Positions 1-8,862 are shown, counted from the stretch's first letter. The stretch: 64,000 nt of DNA from Chloroflexota bacterium (GCA_964291655.2 OZ219801.1:512001-576000), one strand, 5' to 3'. A program made the numbers and translations. The notes: generated by a model from the sequence alone, not told the origin.

Positions 1-1179
1 CGGTGCGCACGGCGGTGCGAGCCGGCCTGGTGGAGTTGGCAATCCAGGCGGTGGACGGCACCAGGATCGCGGCCAACGCCGGGACGCGGCATACCCACGA
101 CGCGCAGGGGCTGCAGCGGCTGTTGTCCCGCACCGAGCAAGCGATCGCGGACCTGGAGGCGCAGAACGCCACGGGGGGCGACGCGCCGCCAGCGACTTTG
201 CCGCAGGAACTTGCCGATGCCCAGGCCCTGCGGCGGCGGGTGGACGACGCGCTCGCCCGCGTCGCGGCTGAGGACGGGCCGCGCTACACGAACCTGACTG
301 ATGCGGACGCGGCCCTGCTCAAGACTGGCATGGGTGGCTTCATCACCGGCTACAACGCCCAGGCGCTGGTCTCCCCTCTTGCGTCCCCGGACGAGGGCGC
401 AGGGGGGAGGTTGATCACAGCCGTGGACGTGAGCGCCAGTGCCGACGACCATCCCCACCTGGCGCCGCTGATCGAGGCGGCGCAGGAGAACATCGACGCC
501 GCGCGGGACGTGGTGACCGTTGCGGACGCCGGCTACCATTCGGGGGCCAACCTCGCCACGTGCCACGCCGGCGGCCACACGGTATTGATGCCCACGACCC
601 ACGAGCGCAGACGCCGCAACCCCTACCATAAAGACCACTTCACCTACCGTCCAGAGACCGACACCTACCTGTGTCCCCAGCAAAAGGTGCTCACCTACAC
701 GCACCGCTTGACCCACAGCAACGGCTACCGGGTCAAGCGGTACCAAGCCAACGGCCGGGACTGCAGAACCTGTCCGGCCTTCGGCGTCTGCACCTCCTCC
801 CAGAGGGGCCGCTCCATAAAGATCAGCGCCTACGAGCCAATACTGCAACGGCACAGGCAGTTGATGGCCACCGCGCCTGCCAAGCAGGTGTACCGCCGCC
901 GGAGTACCATCGTCGAGCCGGTCTTTGGCCTGCTCAAGGAGTGGCACAGTGCCAGGCGCTTCCTGCTCAGAGGCCGCAGCCACGTGACGTCCGAATGGCA
1001 CCTGCTGGCCACCGCGTTCAATCTCAAGAGCCTCCACGCCCTGTGGCGGTCTGGGTGTAGTCCAGCGTCGCCCCGGGGACGAGTCTCTCACTGGCACCGT
1101 CTTGTTCATACCACCCGCCATCTGTCTGTCCTTCTCACCCCATTCACCGTGCCCCGCACCAAAATATTGAGACAGCCTC
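1..1179 (+). mobile_element. IS1182-family insertion sequence, left end outside the window
   Basis: DDE transposase motifs (next feature). The putative right end ...TTGAGACAGCCTC (1167-1179) resembles IS1182-type ends and abuts half of a REP-like palindrome. Confidence 0.75.
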
Positions 1180-1448
1180 TTGGGGAGAGGGCTGGGGTGA
1201 GGGGAATTCTGCTTAACCCAACCGTCTGCCAGCAAGACCGATACGCAAGAGTGCAACAACGGGATAAGAGCTCCCAGGTTGCGGTATATACCCCCCTCAC
1301 CCCCGTATCGAGTACGGGGCAGGCTCTAACCCTCTGCCGGCGGGAGAGGGGAATTTTCCGTCCCGGCAAGGGTTGTGCAATGGTCTCCTTCGGGATAGCG
1401 GTATTGCCAATGCTTGTAAAAGCCTGCCGTCCCCCCAGATGTGACTAG
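3..1448 (+). CDS. IS1182-family DDE transposase (5'-partial; ORF reads through the IS end)
   Basis: AVDGTRIAANA, GYNAQ, ADAGYHS, CRTCP..C, YRRRSTIVEPVFGLLK, FLLRG..V..EW.L.A.AFNL. Homology ends near nt 1050; the tail beyond ~1180 translates repeat DNA. Confidence 0.85.
   Translation: MRTAVRAGLVELAIQAVDGTRIAANAGTRHTHDAQGLQRLLSRTEQAIADLEAQNATGGDAPPATLPQELADAQALRRRVDDALARVAAEDGPRYTNLTDADAALLKTGMGGFITGYNAQALVSPLASPDEGAGGRLITAVDVSASADDHPHLAPLIEAAQENIDAARDVVTVADAGYHSGANLATCHAGGHTVLMPTTHERRRRNPYHKDHFTYRPETDTYLCPQQKVLTYTHRLTHSNGYRVKRYQANGRDCRTCPAFGVCTSSQRGRSIKISAYEPILQRHRQLMATAPAKQVYRRRSTIVEPVFGLLKEWHSARRFLLRGRSHVTSEWHLLATAFNLKSLHALWRSGCSPASPRGRVSHWHRLVHTTRHLSVLLTPFTVPRTKILRQPLGERAGVRGILLNPTVCQQDRYARVQQRDKSSQVAVYTPLTPVSSTGQALTLCRRERGIFRPGKGCAMVSFGIAVLPMLVKACRPPRCD
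1180..1352. repeat. REP-like palindrome pair (GGGAGAGGGCTGGGGTGAGGGG / CCCCTCACC..CCCTCT..GGGAGAGGGG) with a nested CCCCGTATCGAGTACGGGGCAGGCTCT element
   Basis: Inverted arms at 1181-1204 and 1291-1352; nested hairpin at 1301-1327; same motifs recur at 63883-63909 and 63983-64000. Confidence 0.7.
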
Positions 1449-2064
1449 ATAGTTGGCCGTGCTGCAACCGCCGGCAGTATACGGCAGAGTTTTCGCGACT
1501 GATTCGGCAATGGCGTACATTTCGACTTCATGGCCTAATTCCTATGTTTGCCCGGAGTGAGCCGCATCCTCCCCATTCACATCTCGGCGCATGTCAGGAA
1601 GACTACCGGTTTGCGCGAGTAGACCTTGCAAGCATCTCAGCACACTTCACCGTGAAAACGCACTGCACTCACCGACCTGAATGCTGCCGTCCTTTCACTC
1701 ACCCCCATAAGTTGTGGCATAATGCTGGTGCAAACAACCCAGGAGATTTAATCGGGTTACATGATTTGCCGGCAGGCGAGCCCGCAGACCGGCTTCCGGA
1801 CTCAAGAAACCGCAAGCTTCCCTAGATTACTTTCAAGGCCGTGGGTGAAATGGTGCACACTTTTCAGTACGATACGGCAGGAACCGCACGTTTACGTCTG
1901 CCGCCAACTATTGTTTGGGGAATTGCCATCCCGGAATCAAGACAGACGCATTCGGAATAGAGGCAAGGCGGGCTTGTAGGGTAGGACTCTTAGTCCCAGG
2001 CGCCATGTAACTCAAGCACCTGGTTCATACTCGTCACGACTATCAAGAGCAAGGTCACTCGACA

Positions 2065-2871
2065 ATGGATACGATCACACAACTCGCCCAGCGTATAGCG
2101 AACGCGCGCGCTTTTGAATTCGTGATAGTCGCCATTATCATCTTCAATGCCCTCTTGCTAGGCCTTGGTACCTCGCCTACGCTCGACCAGCAGTATGGCG
2201 ACTGGATGCAACTCGCGTATCAGATGATTTTGGCCATTTTTGTCTTGGAAGCGCTGATCAAAATGGCAGCATCTACGCCGCGTGTTGGCGGGTACTTTCG
2301 AGACGGCTGGAACGTCTTCGACTTCTTGGTCATTGTAGTGGCCTTGATTCCGTTCACCGGTCAGTTCGCTACTATCGCCCGGCTCGCCCGACTGCTGCGC
2401 GTAATGCGGCTCGTGTCGACTATCAAAGATTTGCGCGTGATCGTTACTGCGCTAGTCAACTCTATTCCAAGCGTCGGACATGTCATTATGCTGATGGGCA
2501 TTATCGTATATATATACGCCATCATTGGGATTAATCTGTTCAGTGAGCATGATCCGGAGCACTGGCGCAACGTCGGGTATGCCGTCCTTACCCTCTTCAA
2601 TATCATTACCTTCGATGGCTGGACCGATGTCATGTTTACCGCAATGGACCTCAATCCTCTGGCATGGGTCTATTTTGTCAGTTTTGTGGTGGTCGGCACC
2701 TTCGTCGTGATTAACCTGTTCATCGCCATCCTCATCGATAAGATTGGTGATGCAAAGCTGGAGCGAATTCTTGATCAAGAGAAACCTGTGACCAAGGAAG
2801 AGCTCTTGGAGGAACTCCGGGCCACCAAGGAAACGCTGCAAAGGCTCGAAGAGCGGATACAGGACGAATAG
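2065..2871 (+). CDS. voltage-gated cation channel, 6TM BacNav/Cav-like (Ion_trans)
   Basis: YFRDGWNVFDF (S2-S3), S4 RLARLLRVMRLVS, pore TLFNIITFDGWTD, S6 FVVINLFIAIL, C-terminal coiled coil. Confidence 0.9.
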   Translation: MDTITQLAQRIANARAFEFVIVAIIIFNALLLGLGTSPTLDQQYGDWMQLAYQMILAIFVLEALIKMAASTPRVGGYFRDGWNVFDFLVIVVALIPFTGQFATIARLARLLRVMRLVSTIKDLRVIVTALVNSIPSVGHVIMLMGIIVYIYAIIGINLFSEHDPEHWRNVGYAVLTLFNIITFDGWTDVMFTAMDLNPLAWVYFVSFVVVGTFVVINLFIAILIDKIGDAKLERILDQEKPVTKEELLEELRATKETLQRLEERIQDE

Positions 2872-3201
2872 GCCGGCGCCGGGGGCTTCCGCCTCCAGCC
2901 GGACTACGGGCTAGACTCAATTCGGTAGCATGCCGGCGCTTTCTGGGTTCGTTAGCGTGTTGGTATACGCCACACCCGTCGATTGCTACGGGTCCAGAGG
3001 CAAGACGCCTTCCGGGCAGTTCCTGTGCACGCTGTCTACATAGAGGCCCGGCTGCCGGCACGCAAGAGTCCTCGGTGCACCATTGGGAAGCAAAGTCCCT
3101 GTTTGCAGTGGAAATGGCCATATCCTGTCATCACTGAGTTGTATAATGGCTTGTATCACTGTCAAAGAGAGTTTGGGAGGCAACTCCAAATAGCTTCCAC
3201 C

Positions 3202-4929
3202 GTGTCCCAGAATCCCCGTTACGAGGCGCATGAGAACCCGCCCTTCTTGGCAAGTGTAGGGTATGGGTTTCAGTTTAGTCTGCTTGCGTCCGCCACTCTC
3301 CTGGTAACTCCCGTTATCGTGGCTAAGGCCTCCGGTCGAGACGACTCCTACCTCATCTGGATGGTCTTTGCTTCCCTGATCGTGGTGGGCATCACGACGC
3401 TCTTGCAGGTTCGCCGCGTTGGCCCGGTCGGGGGTGGGGCCGTGCTGCCAATGTTCACGGCGGCCTTCTCCATCCCGTTCTGCATTACGGCGGTGGTCGA
3501 TGGCGGGCCCGCGACATTGGGCATGTTGGTCATTGCCTCCGGCATCTGCCAGCTCATCATCTCGAAGTGGCTCTTTATCCTGCGGCGCATGGTTACGCCT
3601 ACAGTCGGTGGCACGGTGATGATGATCCTCTCCGTTACGTTGGCATCGGTTGTCTTTGCTCTGCTGGACGAAGCATCGACTGCCGAACCAACGTCCGCGA
3701 CCGTGACCGCGCTGGTAACGCTCCTTGTCGTTTCCGTGCTCACCTTCCGCGGCAATCCCGTGCTGCGCCTGTGGGCGGCTCCCATTAGCATTGTCGTCGG
3801 CTGCCTCGTTGCCGCCGTTTACGGCACGTACGAGTTTGAACGGGTGCTGCAGGCGCCGTGGCTAGGCCTGCCTTCTGAAGTGCCGGACCTCACGCCCAAT
3901 TTCGGCATCCCGTTCTGGACGATACTGCCGTCATTCGTTTTTCTGGGCATCATCATTTCAATCCAAGCCAACGGAGAATCCATCGCTCTTCAACGTGTTT
4001 CAAGCCGCGAGCCCAAAGCCATCGATTTTCGCCAGGTGCAGGGCACACTGGCCGGTGGCGGCATCGGCAACATCCTCAGCGGCCTGGCGGGCGCGGTGCC
4101 CTTGATCATCCATCCGGGCACGGTGGCTTTCACCCAAGTGACCAGCGTTGCCGCCCGCCGGGTGGGGTATCTAATCGGACTCCTCTTCATTGTGATGGCC
4201 TTTGTGCCCAAACTCTCCGGTCTGCTCAGCACCATCCCCGGACCTGTGATGGCGGGCTATCTCACGCTGGTAACGGGCACGCTCTTCGTGGACGGCGCGC
4301 AACTGGTCATTCAGAGCGAACAGAACCGCCAGAAAGTCGTCGTGGCAGGGGTTGCCTTCTGGGTCGGCGCCGCCTTCCAATTCAAGCTGTTCGCCCTGCC
4401 GGAGCTGGGACCGGTGTGGGATACGCTGCTCAAGAGCGGCATTTCCACCGGCGGGTTCCTGGCCATTATCATGCTGCTCTTCTTGGAGTTTACCTCTCAC
4501 CGCAGCATGCGCTTCAGTTCCCCACTCAACATCGATGCGCTGCCGGACCTCAACGAGTTTATCACCGAATTCTCCAAGAGCAGAGGTTGGAACCAAGCTA
4601 TGACGGAACGCCTCATGGCAGTAGGGGAAGAAACTCTCCTCACCCTTGCACCGCTAGACCTGGAAGCCGAAGAAGAGGAGCACGACGATCGCCTGCTTGT
4701 CGTACTCGCTACCAGCGAAGGCCCCGTGGCAGACCTGGAATTCATCGGCGGCGGCGATGACGAAAACCTGGAAGACCGCATCCGCCAGCTTCAACAACAC
4801 GACTCCGAAACCCCCATCGAACAGGAACTCTCCCTCCGCCTCCTCCGCGGCTTCGCCGACTCCGTCCAGCACAAGCAATACCAGGACAACGACGTCATCA
4901 CCGTCCGCGTCACCGCGCCGGAGTCCTAG
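3202..4929 (+). CDS. NCS2 (xanthine/uracil) family permease with C-terminal degenerate HATPase_c/RsbW-like domain
   Basis: Many TM helices with GFQFSLL, TTLLQV, TPTVGGTV, TSVAARRVG and FVPKL..L.TIP.PV.AG, then a ~140-aa soluble tail. GTG at 3202 is preferred over the ORF-track start 2983. Confidence 0.8.
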   Translation: MSQNPRYEAHENPPFLASVGYGFQFSLLASATLLVTPVIVAKASGRDDSYLIWMVFASLIVVGITTLLQVRRVGPVGGGAVLPMFTAAFSIPFCITAVVDGGPATLGMLVIASGICQLIISKWLFILRRMVTPTVGGTVMMILSVTLASVVFALLDEASTAEPTSATVTALVTLLVVSVLTFRGNPVLRLWAAPISIVVGCLVAAVYGTYEFERVLQAPWLGLPSEVPDLTPNFGIPFWTILPSFVFLGIIISIQANGESIALQRVSSREPKAIDFRQVQGTLAGGGIGNILSGLAGAVPLIIHPGTVAFTQVTSVAARRVGYLIGLLFIVMAFVPKLSGLLSTIPGPVMAGYLTLVTGTLFVDGAQLVIQSEQNRQKVVVAGVAFWVGAAFQFKLFALPELGPVWDTLLKSGISTGGFLAIIMLLFLEFTSHRSMRFSSPLNIDALPDLNEFITEFSKSRGWNQAMTERLMAVGEETLLTLAPLDLEAEEEEHDDRLLVVLATSEGPVADLEFIGGGDDENLEDRIRQLQQHDSETPIEQELSLRLLRGFADSVQHKQYQDNDVITVRVTAPES

Positions 4930-5011
4930 TCCGCACCGCAATGTGTCGAATCTCTACTAAGACTGCACCCCATGGCCGCGTTGCGCATACACAGTAAGGC
5001 GGGCACGTGCT

Positions 5012-5250
5012 ATGTCACCGTCTGCGCTCGACGCCGGGCGTGCATTCTTGGTAACGTCATATAACGAAAGCCTGCACCTTAGCGAGGCCGAATGGCTGGC
5101 GCAAGCCGATTGGGAAGTGTTGCCACGGCACAATCCGCACGTTCGCTTGGTCTGTCACTTCCAATCATGTGCATGGCATCACGTTTCTGAGGTCGACCCT
5201 TTTGACTGGGTAACGGTGGGTTTGAAACCTGCCCATCAACATAGCCGCAG
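5012..5250 (+). pseudogene. decayed REP-associated tyrosine transposase (RAYT/Y1 HUH) fragment
   Basis: LHLSEAEWLAQADWEVLPRHNPHVRL, then in a shifted frame AAT CAT GTG CAT GGC ATC = NHVHGI (HUH motif, 5163-5180), then VGLKPA. This matches the RAYT pattern W..LP.H.P.V.L...MPNHVHGI...GAGLKPAP. Confidence 0.6.
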
Positions 5251-5475
5251 ATTGCTAACCACCAGCCACAATAGCAAGGAGGCCCCGTAACCCAGACACC
5301 ATGGGGCATAGGAACCAGATCTTGACGCTCGCCCTTCACCTAGTCCCGTCCACAAACTATCCGGAGTCCTCTGGCTCGGCCATTTGCTGGCGCAATGGGA
5401 GGAATAAGTTGACCCCCGCAGACAATGGTGTGTACCATTTATACACACAGTCGAATGCAAGAAAGAGGCCGGGCA

Positions 5476-5751
5476 ATGGCCAGAGTCCAGTTGATAATCC
5501 CCGATGAAGACCGTGACCGGTTCGTTCAGCAGGCGCGAAAGGAAGGCATGACCTTCAGCGCATGGCTGAGAGCCGCCGCTCGCGCCCGGCTCGAAGAACG
5601 ACAGCGTGTCGAGCGGTTCGAATCGCCGGAGGACCTGAAGCGGTTCTTCGCAGAGTGCTCCCAGCGTGAAGGTCCCGGCAGAGAACCGGATTGGGAAGAG
5701 CACCTCCGGACACTCCGCGAATCGATAACCGGCGGCCTCCCCGGCGTATGA
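5476..5751 (+). CDS. ribbon-helix-helix antitoxin (VapB-like)
   Basis: MARVQLIIPDEDRDRFVQQARKEGMTFSAWLR; ATGA overlap with the downstream PIN gene. Confidence 0.75.
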   Translation: MARVQLIIPDEDRDRFVQQARKEGMTFSAWLRAAARARLEERQRVERFESPEDLKRFFAECSQREGPGREPDWEEHLRTLRESITGGLPGV

Positions 5752-6149
5752 TCTTTGTAGACGCCAACGTCTTCATGTACGCGGTTGGGCGCTCGCACCC
5801 ACTGCAAGCTCACGCTCAGGAGTTCTTTGCAGACTCACTGCGCAATCACACGCCGCTCTTCACCTCGGCAGAGGTTTTCCAAGAGTTGATGCACGTCTAC
5901 CTGCGGGTCAACAGAACGCACACCTTGGACTCGGCGTTGGAGTTAGTGGACCGAGCCAGTGTCCAAGTATGGCCGCTGGAGGAAGCCGATCTCACTCTCG
6001 CCCGCCAACTCCATGACCGGCATCCCATCTTTAGCGACAGAGACTTGTGCCATCTCGCAAGCTGCCGGAGGCGAGGCGTGATTGAGATCATGACATTCGA
6101 CCAATCACTGGCTGCCGCCGGCTTGATACTGACCGGGAACCCTGAGTGA
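5748..6149 (+). CDS. vapC: PIN-domain toxin VapC
   Basis: MIFVDANVFMYAVG, EVFQE, SDRD..HLA, IMTFD acidic PIN residues. Confidence 0.88.
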   Translation: MIFVDANVFMYAVGRSHPLQAHAQEFFADSLRNHTPLFTSAEVFQELMHVYLRVNRTHTLDSALELVDRASVQVWPLEEADLTLARQLHDRHPIFSDRDLCHLASCRRRGVIEIMTFDQSLAAAGLILTGNPE

Positions 6150-6189
6150 TTTCCGGCTTTGCTAAAGTTGTCGATCGGTTTCTACCTCT

Positions 6190-6355
6190 ACCCCGCCTAC
6201 ATACCCTCCGGCCGTTGGCGGAAATCCGGGTTGATATTCTTCGCTGGGAGTGCGGGCGTCTCGCCCGCAGCCTGCGGCCGTTGGAGAAAACCCGGGCTGA
6301 TATACTGGATCTAGAGAAGGAAACCGGGGGTCTGCTAGGAGAGGTTGTAGGTGAT
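6190..6355 (+). pseudogene. 3' remnant of a type I R-M methyltransferase (HsdM) with an internal duplication and REP-like insert
   Basis: LRPLEKTRADILDLEKETGGLLGEVVG resembles the HsdM C-terminus (LRSLEEIRADILALEKETEGLL.EI). ~32-nt imperfect direct repeats at 6209-6240 and 6275-6306 flank the palindrome TGCGGGCG-TCT-CGCCCGCA (6251-6269). Confidence 0.55.
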
Positions 6356-6372
6356 GGAAGGAAGGGGCCGCC

Positions 6373-6648
6373 GTGAACTACGAGACAAACGCGGAAGAGC
6401 GTGACATTCTCGCTCGCTTCGAGCGGAGCGCGTTGCGTTCTGCGCCTGACGCGGAACGCGAGGTCGAGACCGCCCGTCAGGCGGCCCGCAATACCTTCAA
6501 CAAGACCAAGCGGGTGAACTTGCGCGTAACCGAGCGCGAATTCAACCTCGCTCACTCCCGCGCCCGTGAAGAGGGCATACCCTATCAGGCCCTGCTTTCC
6601 AGCGTGATTCATAGATTCCTCTCCGGTCGGCTGACCGAGAAACGCTAG
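6373..6648 (+). CDS. CopG/BrnA-like antitoxin (no adjacent cognate toxin)
   Basis: EERDILARFER...KRVNLRV...AREEGIPYQALLSSVIHRFLSGRL, typical of RHH antitoxins that pair with BrnT-like toxins. Confidence 0.7.
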   Translation: MNYETNAEERDILARFERSALRSAPDAEREVETARQAARNTFNKTKRVNLRVTEREFNLAHSRAREEGIPYQALLSSVIHRFLSGRLTEKR

Positions 6649-6723
6649 CCCACCACCGCATCGAGTACGGCGCATAGGAGCGACACGTGTCTGATCTCAA
6701 CATCTTTGTGATTTTGGGGGTTA

Positions 6724-7881
6724 TTGGTGAAGCCTTACACTAGTCGGACTCTACTTCTGACCGTTGGAATTCTGGTCTTCTTACTCGTAGCCATTGGCTG
6801 TCAGACCGCGCCGGGGTCGATGGATGGGACGTTGGAGATTCCCTCCGGGCGGGAGCCGAATGCGGCGGTGAGTGGGACGGTGACGTATCGAGAGCGGATT
6901 GCGCTGACGCCGGGGGCGAAGCTGGTGGTGGAGTTGCGGGACGTGTCTTTGCAGGACGCCGCGGCGCCGCTCATTGCGCGGCAGACGATTGAAAGCCCCG
7001 GTCAGGTGCCGATCGCGTTCAACGTGGAGTACAACCGCGACGATATCAACTCCCGCAACACATATGCAATACAAGCCAAAATCATCGAATCTGACGGCCG
7101 GCTCGCCTTCATCAACGATACCGCCTATGACGTCATCACTCGCGGCAATCCCACTACGGTCGACATGCTCCTGGTATTGGTGGAGCCGCCGCCCGATCAG
7201 GTAGAGGAAGGGCAGGACTGGCGCAGGTGGGTGGAGGCGCCGGCGCCGATACTTTGGGCCAACCTGATACCGAACGAAGCCGATCCCTTCCTGCGAATAG
7301 CCTATCACCAGTCAACCATCGAGGGCTGCGCCCGTCCCGGCAATGAGGGACTGAGCGTTGCGGGCACCGACATCATTGCCCGGGTTACGTTGATGCAGCC
7401 GCCGCCGACCTCGTGGGCCATTCCGTGCCACGAGCAGGTGGTGGAACTCGACACGGTGTTACCGGTTGATGTCGCTCTCGAACCGGAGCAGACCTATCGC
7501 GTCATAGTCAACGATCAAGTAACGACGACGTTTTCTCTGCCGAGGGTAGGCTTCCCCGCCTCGGAACTTCGAGAATCGCCGATTGAGCACACAGAGATCG
7601 AAGTGCTAGAGCGCACGCCGACAGAGTACCAATTGCGCGTCGTTTCCGGCATGCCCAGCGGCAGTTGCTCGCACTTCAACGGGTTCGAAATCTGGCGGGA
7701 CAACTCCAACGCGATTGACGTCCGCATCACCCATCACTACGTCGTGGAAGAAGAGGTCGTCTGCACAATGGACTACCCCATTGTCGAGACCATCGTGCCC
7801 TTAGGTTCCGAGTTTGAGCAAGGTGTGGAATACACCCTTACCGTAAACGGCGAGAACAGTCAGTCCTTCGTTGCGCGCTAG
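6724..7881 (+). CDS. YbaY/YscW-family lipoprotein with two C-terminal Cys-pair beta domains
   Basis: Lipobox VAIGC; VSGTVTYRERIALTPGAKLVVELRDVSLQDAAA..IA..GQVPIAF. Confidence 0.8.
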   Translation: MVKPYTSRTLLLTVGILVFLLVAIGCQTAPGSMDGTLEIPSGREPNAAVSGTVTYRERIALTPGAKLVVELRDVSLQDAAAPLIARQTIESPGQVPIAFNVEYNRDDINSRNTYAIQAKIIESDGRLAFINDTAYDVITRGNPTTVDMLLVLVEPPPDQVEEGQDWRRWVEAPAPILWANLIPNEADPFLRIAYHQSTIEGCARPGNEGLSVAGTDIIARVTLMQPPPTSWAIPCHEQVVELDTVLPVDVALEPEQTYRVIVNDQVTTTFSLPRVGFPASELRESPIEHTEIEVLERTPTEYQLRVVSGMPSGSCSHFNGFEIWRDNSNAIDVRITHHYVVEEEVVCTMDYPIVETIVPLGSEFEQGVEYTLTVNGENSQSFVAR

Positions 7882-8271
7882 CCGCACGCTTTAGATTCGC
7901 AGATGTCCTCCCGGTCCAGACTTATAGAGCATGCTGACGCGGACCGCGGGTCTCTGTCGGCAGTGCTCGACCTGCAAGGCGCGACTTTTCCTGCAGGAAC
8001 AGCGCAGCCATTGCTGTTTCGCCCACGCGCTAGGCAAACTACTCCGTTTCACCTGCTGAAGAGACGAGCAAGGGCCTGAATGAGTATAATCAAGCTAGAT
8101 CGTGTCAGCTCGACCCCCAAATCCGTACGCGCACCGTGCAACTGCGTCCAATCCGCTGTCCGGCCCGTCGCCAAGTGAAACATCCGCCTTTTGGTCGCTC
8201 CGTCCCACGTGATAGCCAAGTAGTGAAGCCAGCCGTTAAGCAGCCCCGTTTGCCGGGGCATTGGAGGACTC

Positions 8272-8862
8272 ATGACTGATCTCTCCCAGCACCCGGAACT
8301 CTATGTGCGCCAGGAAATCGAGCACCTGGAAGTCTTTTCGGGCCTGGAGACCCAGAACCGCTACAGCGTGAGAACACCCGGTGGAGAACAACTCCTCTAT
8401 GCCTTCGAAGAGTCGGGACTGCTGGGGCGCAACGTCCTCAGCTCCCACCGACCTCTGACAATCCACGTAGTGGACCGGAACAATACGGAAGTCATCAATG
8501 CCAGCCGGAGCTTCTTCTGGTTCCTCTCCCACCTGCACGTCAGCGACGGCGCGGGCCGGCGCATCGGCTCGATGCAGCGGCGCTTCTCATTCCTCACGCG
8601 CAAATTCGACTTGATGGATGCAACCGGCAGCGTAGTCGCGGAAATGCGCGGGCCAATCTTCCGCCCCTTCACCTTCATGGTCTACCAGCAGGGACAGGAA
8701 ATCGGCCGCGTAACGAAGCAGTGGAGCGGCTTAGGCCGGGAGGCCTTCACCGACGCCGACACGTTCAAAGTGGAGGTGGACACCAGCCGCACCGACCAGG
8801 AATTCTCACTGCTCATGCTCGCCAGCGCGATCTCAATCGATTTAGATTTTTTCGAGAAGTAA
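8272..8862 (+). CDS. phospholipid scramblase / Tubby-C-like protein
   Basis: RQEIEHLEVFSGLETQNRYSV and GRVTKQWSGLGREAFTDADTF...IDLDFFE; GGAGG RBS. Confidence 0.85.
   Translation: MTDLSQHPELYVRQEIEHLEVFSGLETQNRYSVRTPGGEQLLYAFEESGLLGRNVLSSHRPLTIHVVDRNNTEVINASRSFFWFLSHLHVSDGAGRRIGSMQRRFSFLTRKFDLMDATGSVVAEMRGPIFRPFTFMVYQQGQEIGRVTKQWSGLGREAFTDADTFKVEVDTSRTDQEFSLLMLASAISIDLDFFEK

Noticed and set aside
1050-1448. C-terminal extension of the transposase as an extra domain
   Set aside because: It translates the IS end and REP DNA; read-through rather than a domain.
2040-2064. TATCAAGAG as the start of a SAM-I riboswitch (also at ~14890)
   Set aside because: The downstream SAM-I elements (AGGGA..GCCC, GCAACC, GGTGC.AA) are absent.
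1449-2064. ORFs 1544-1825 and 1761-1979
   Set aside because: Atypical composition, no motifs, no clear RBS.
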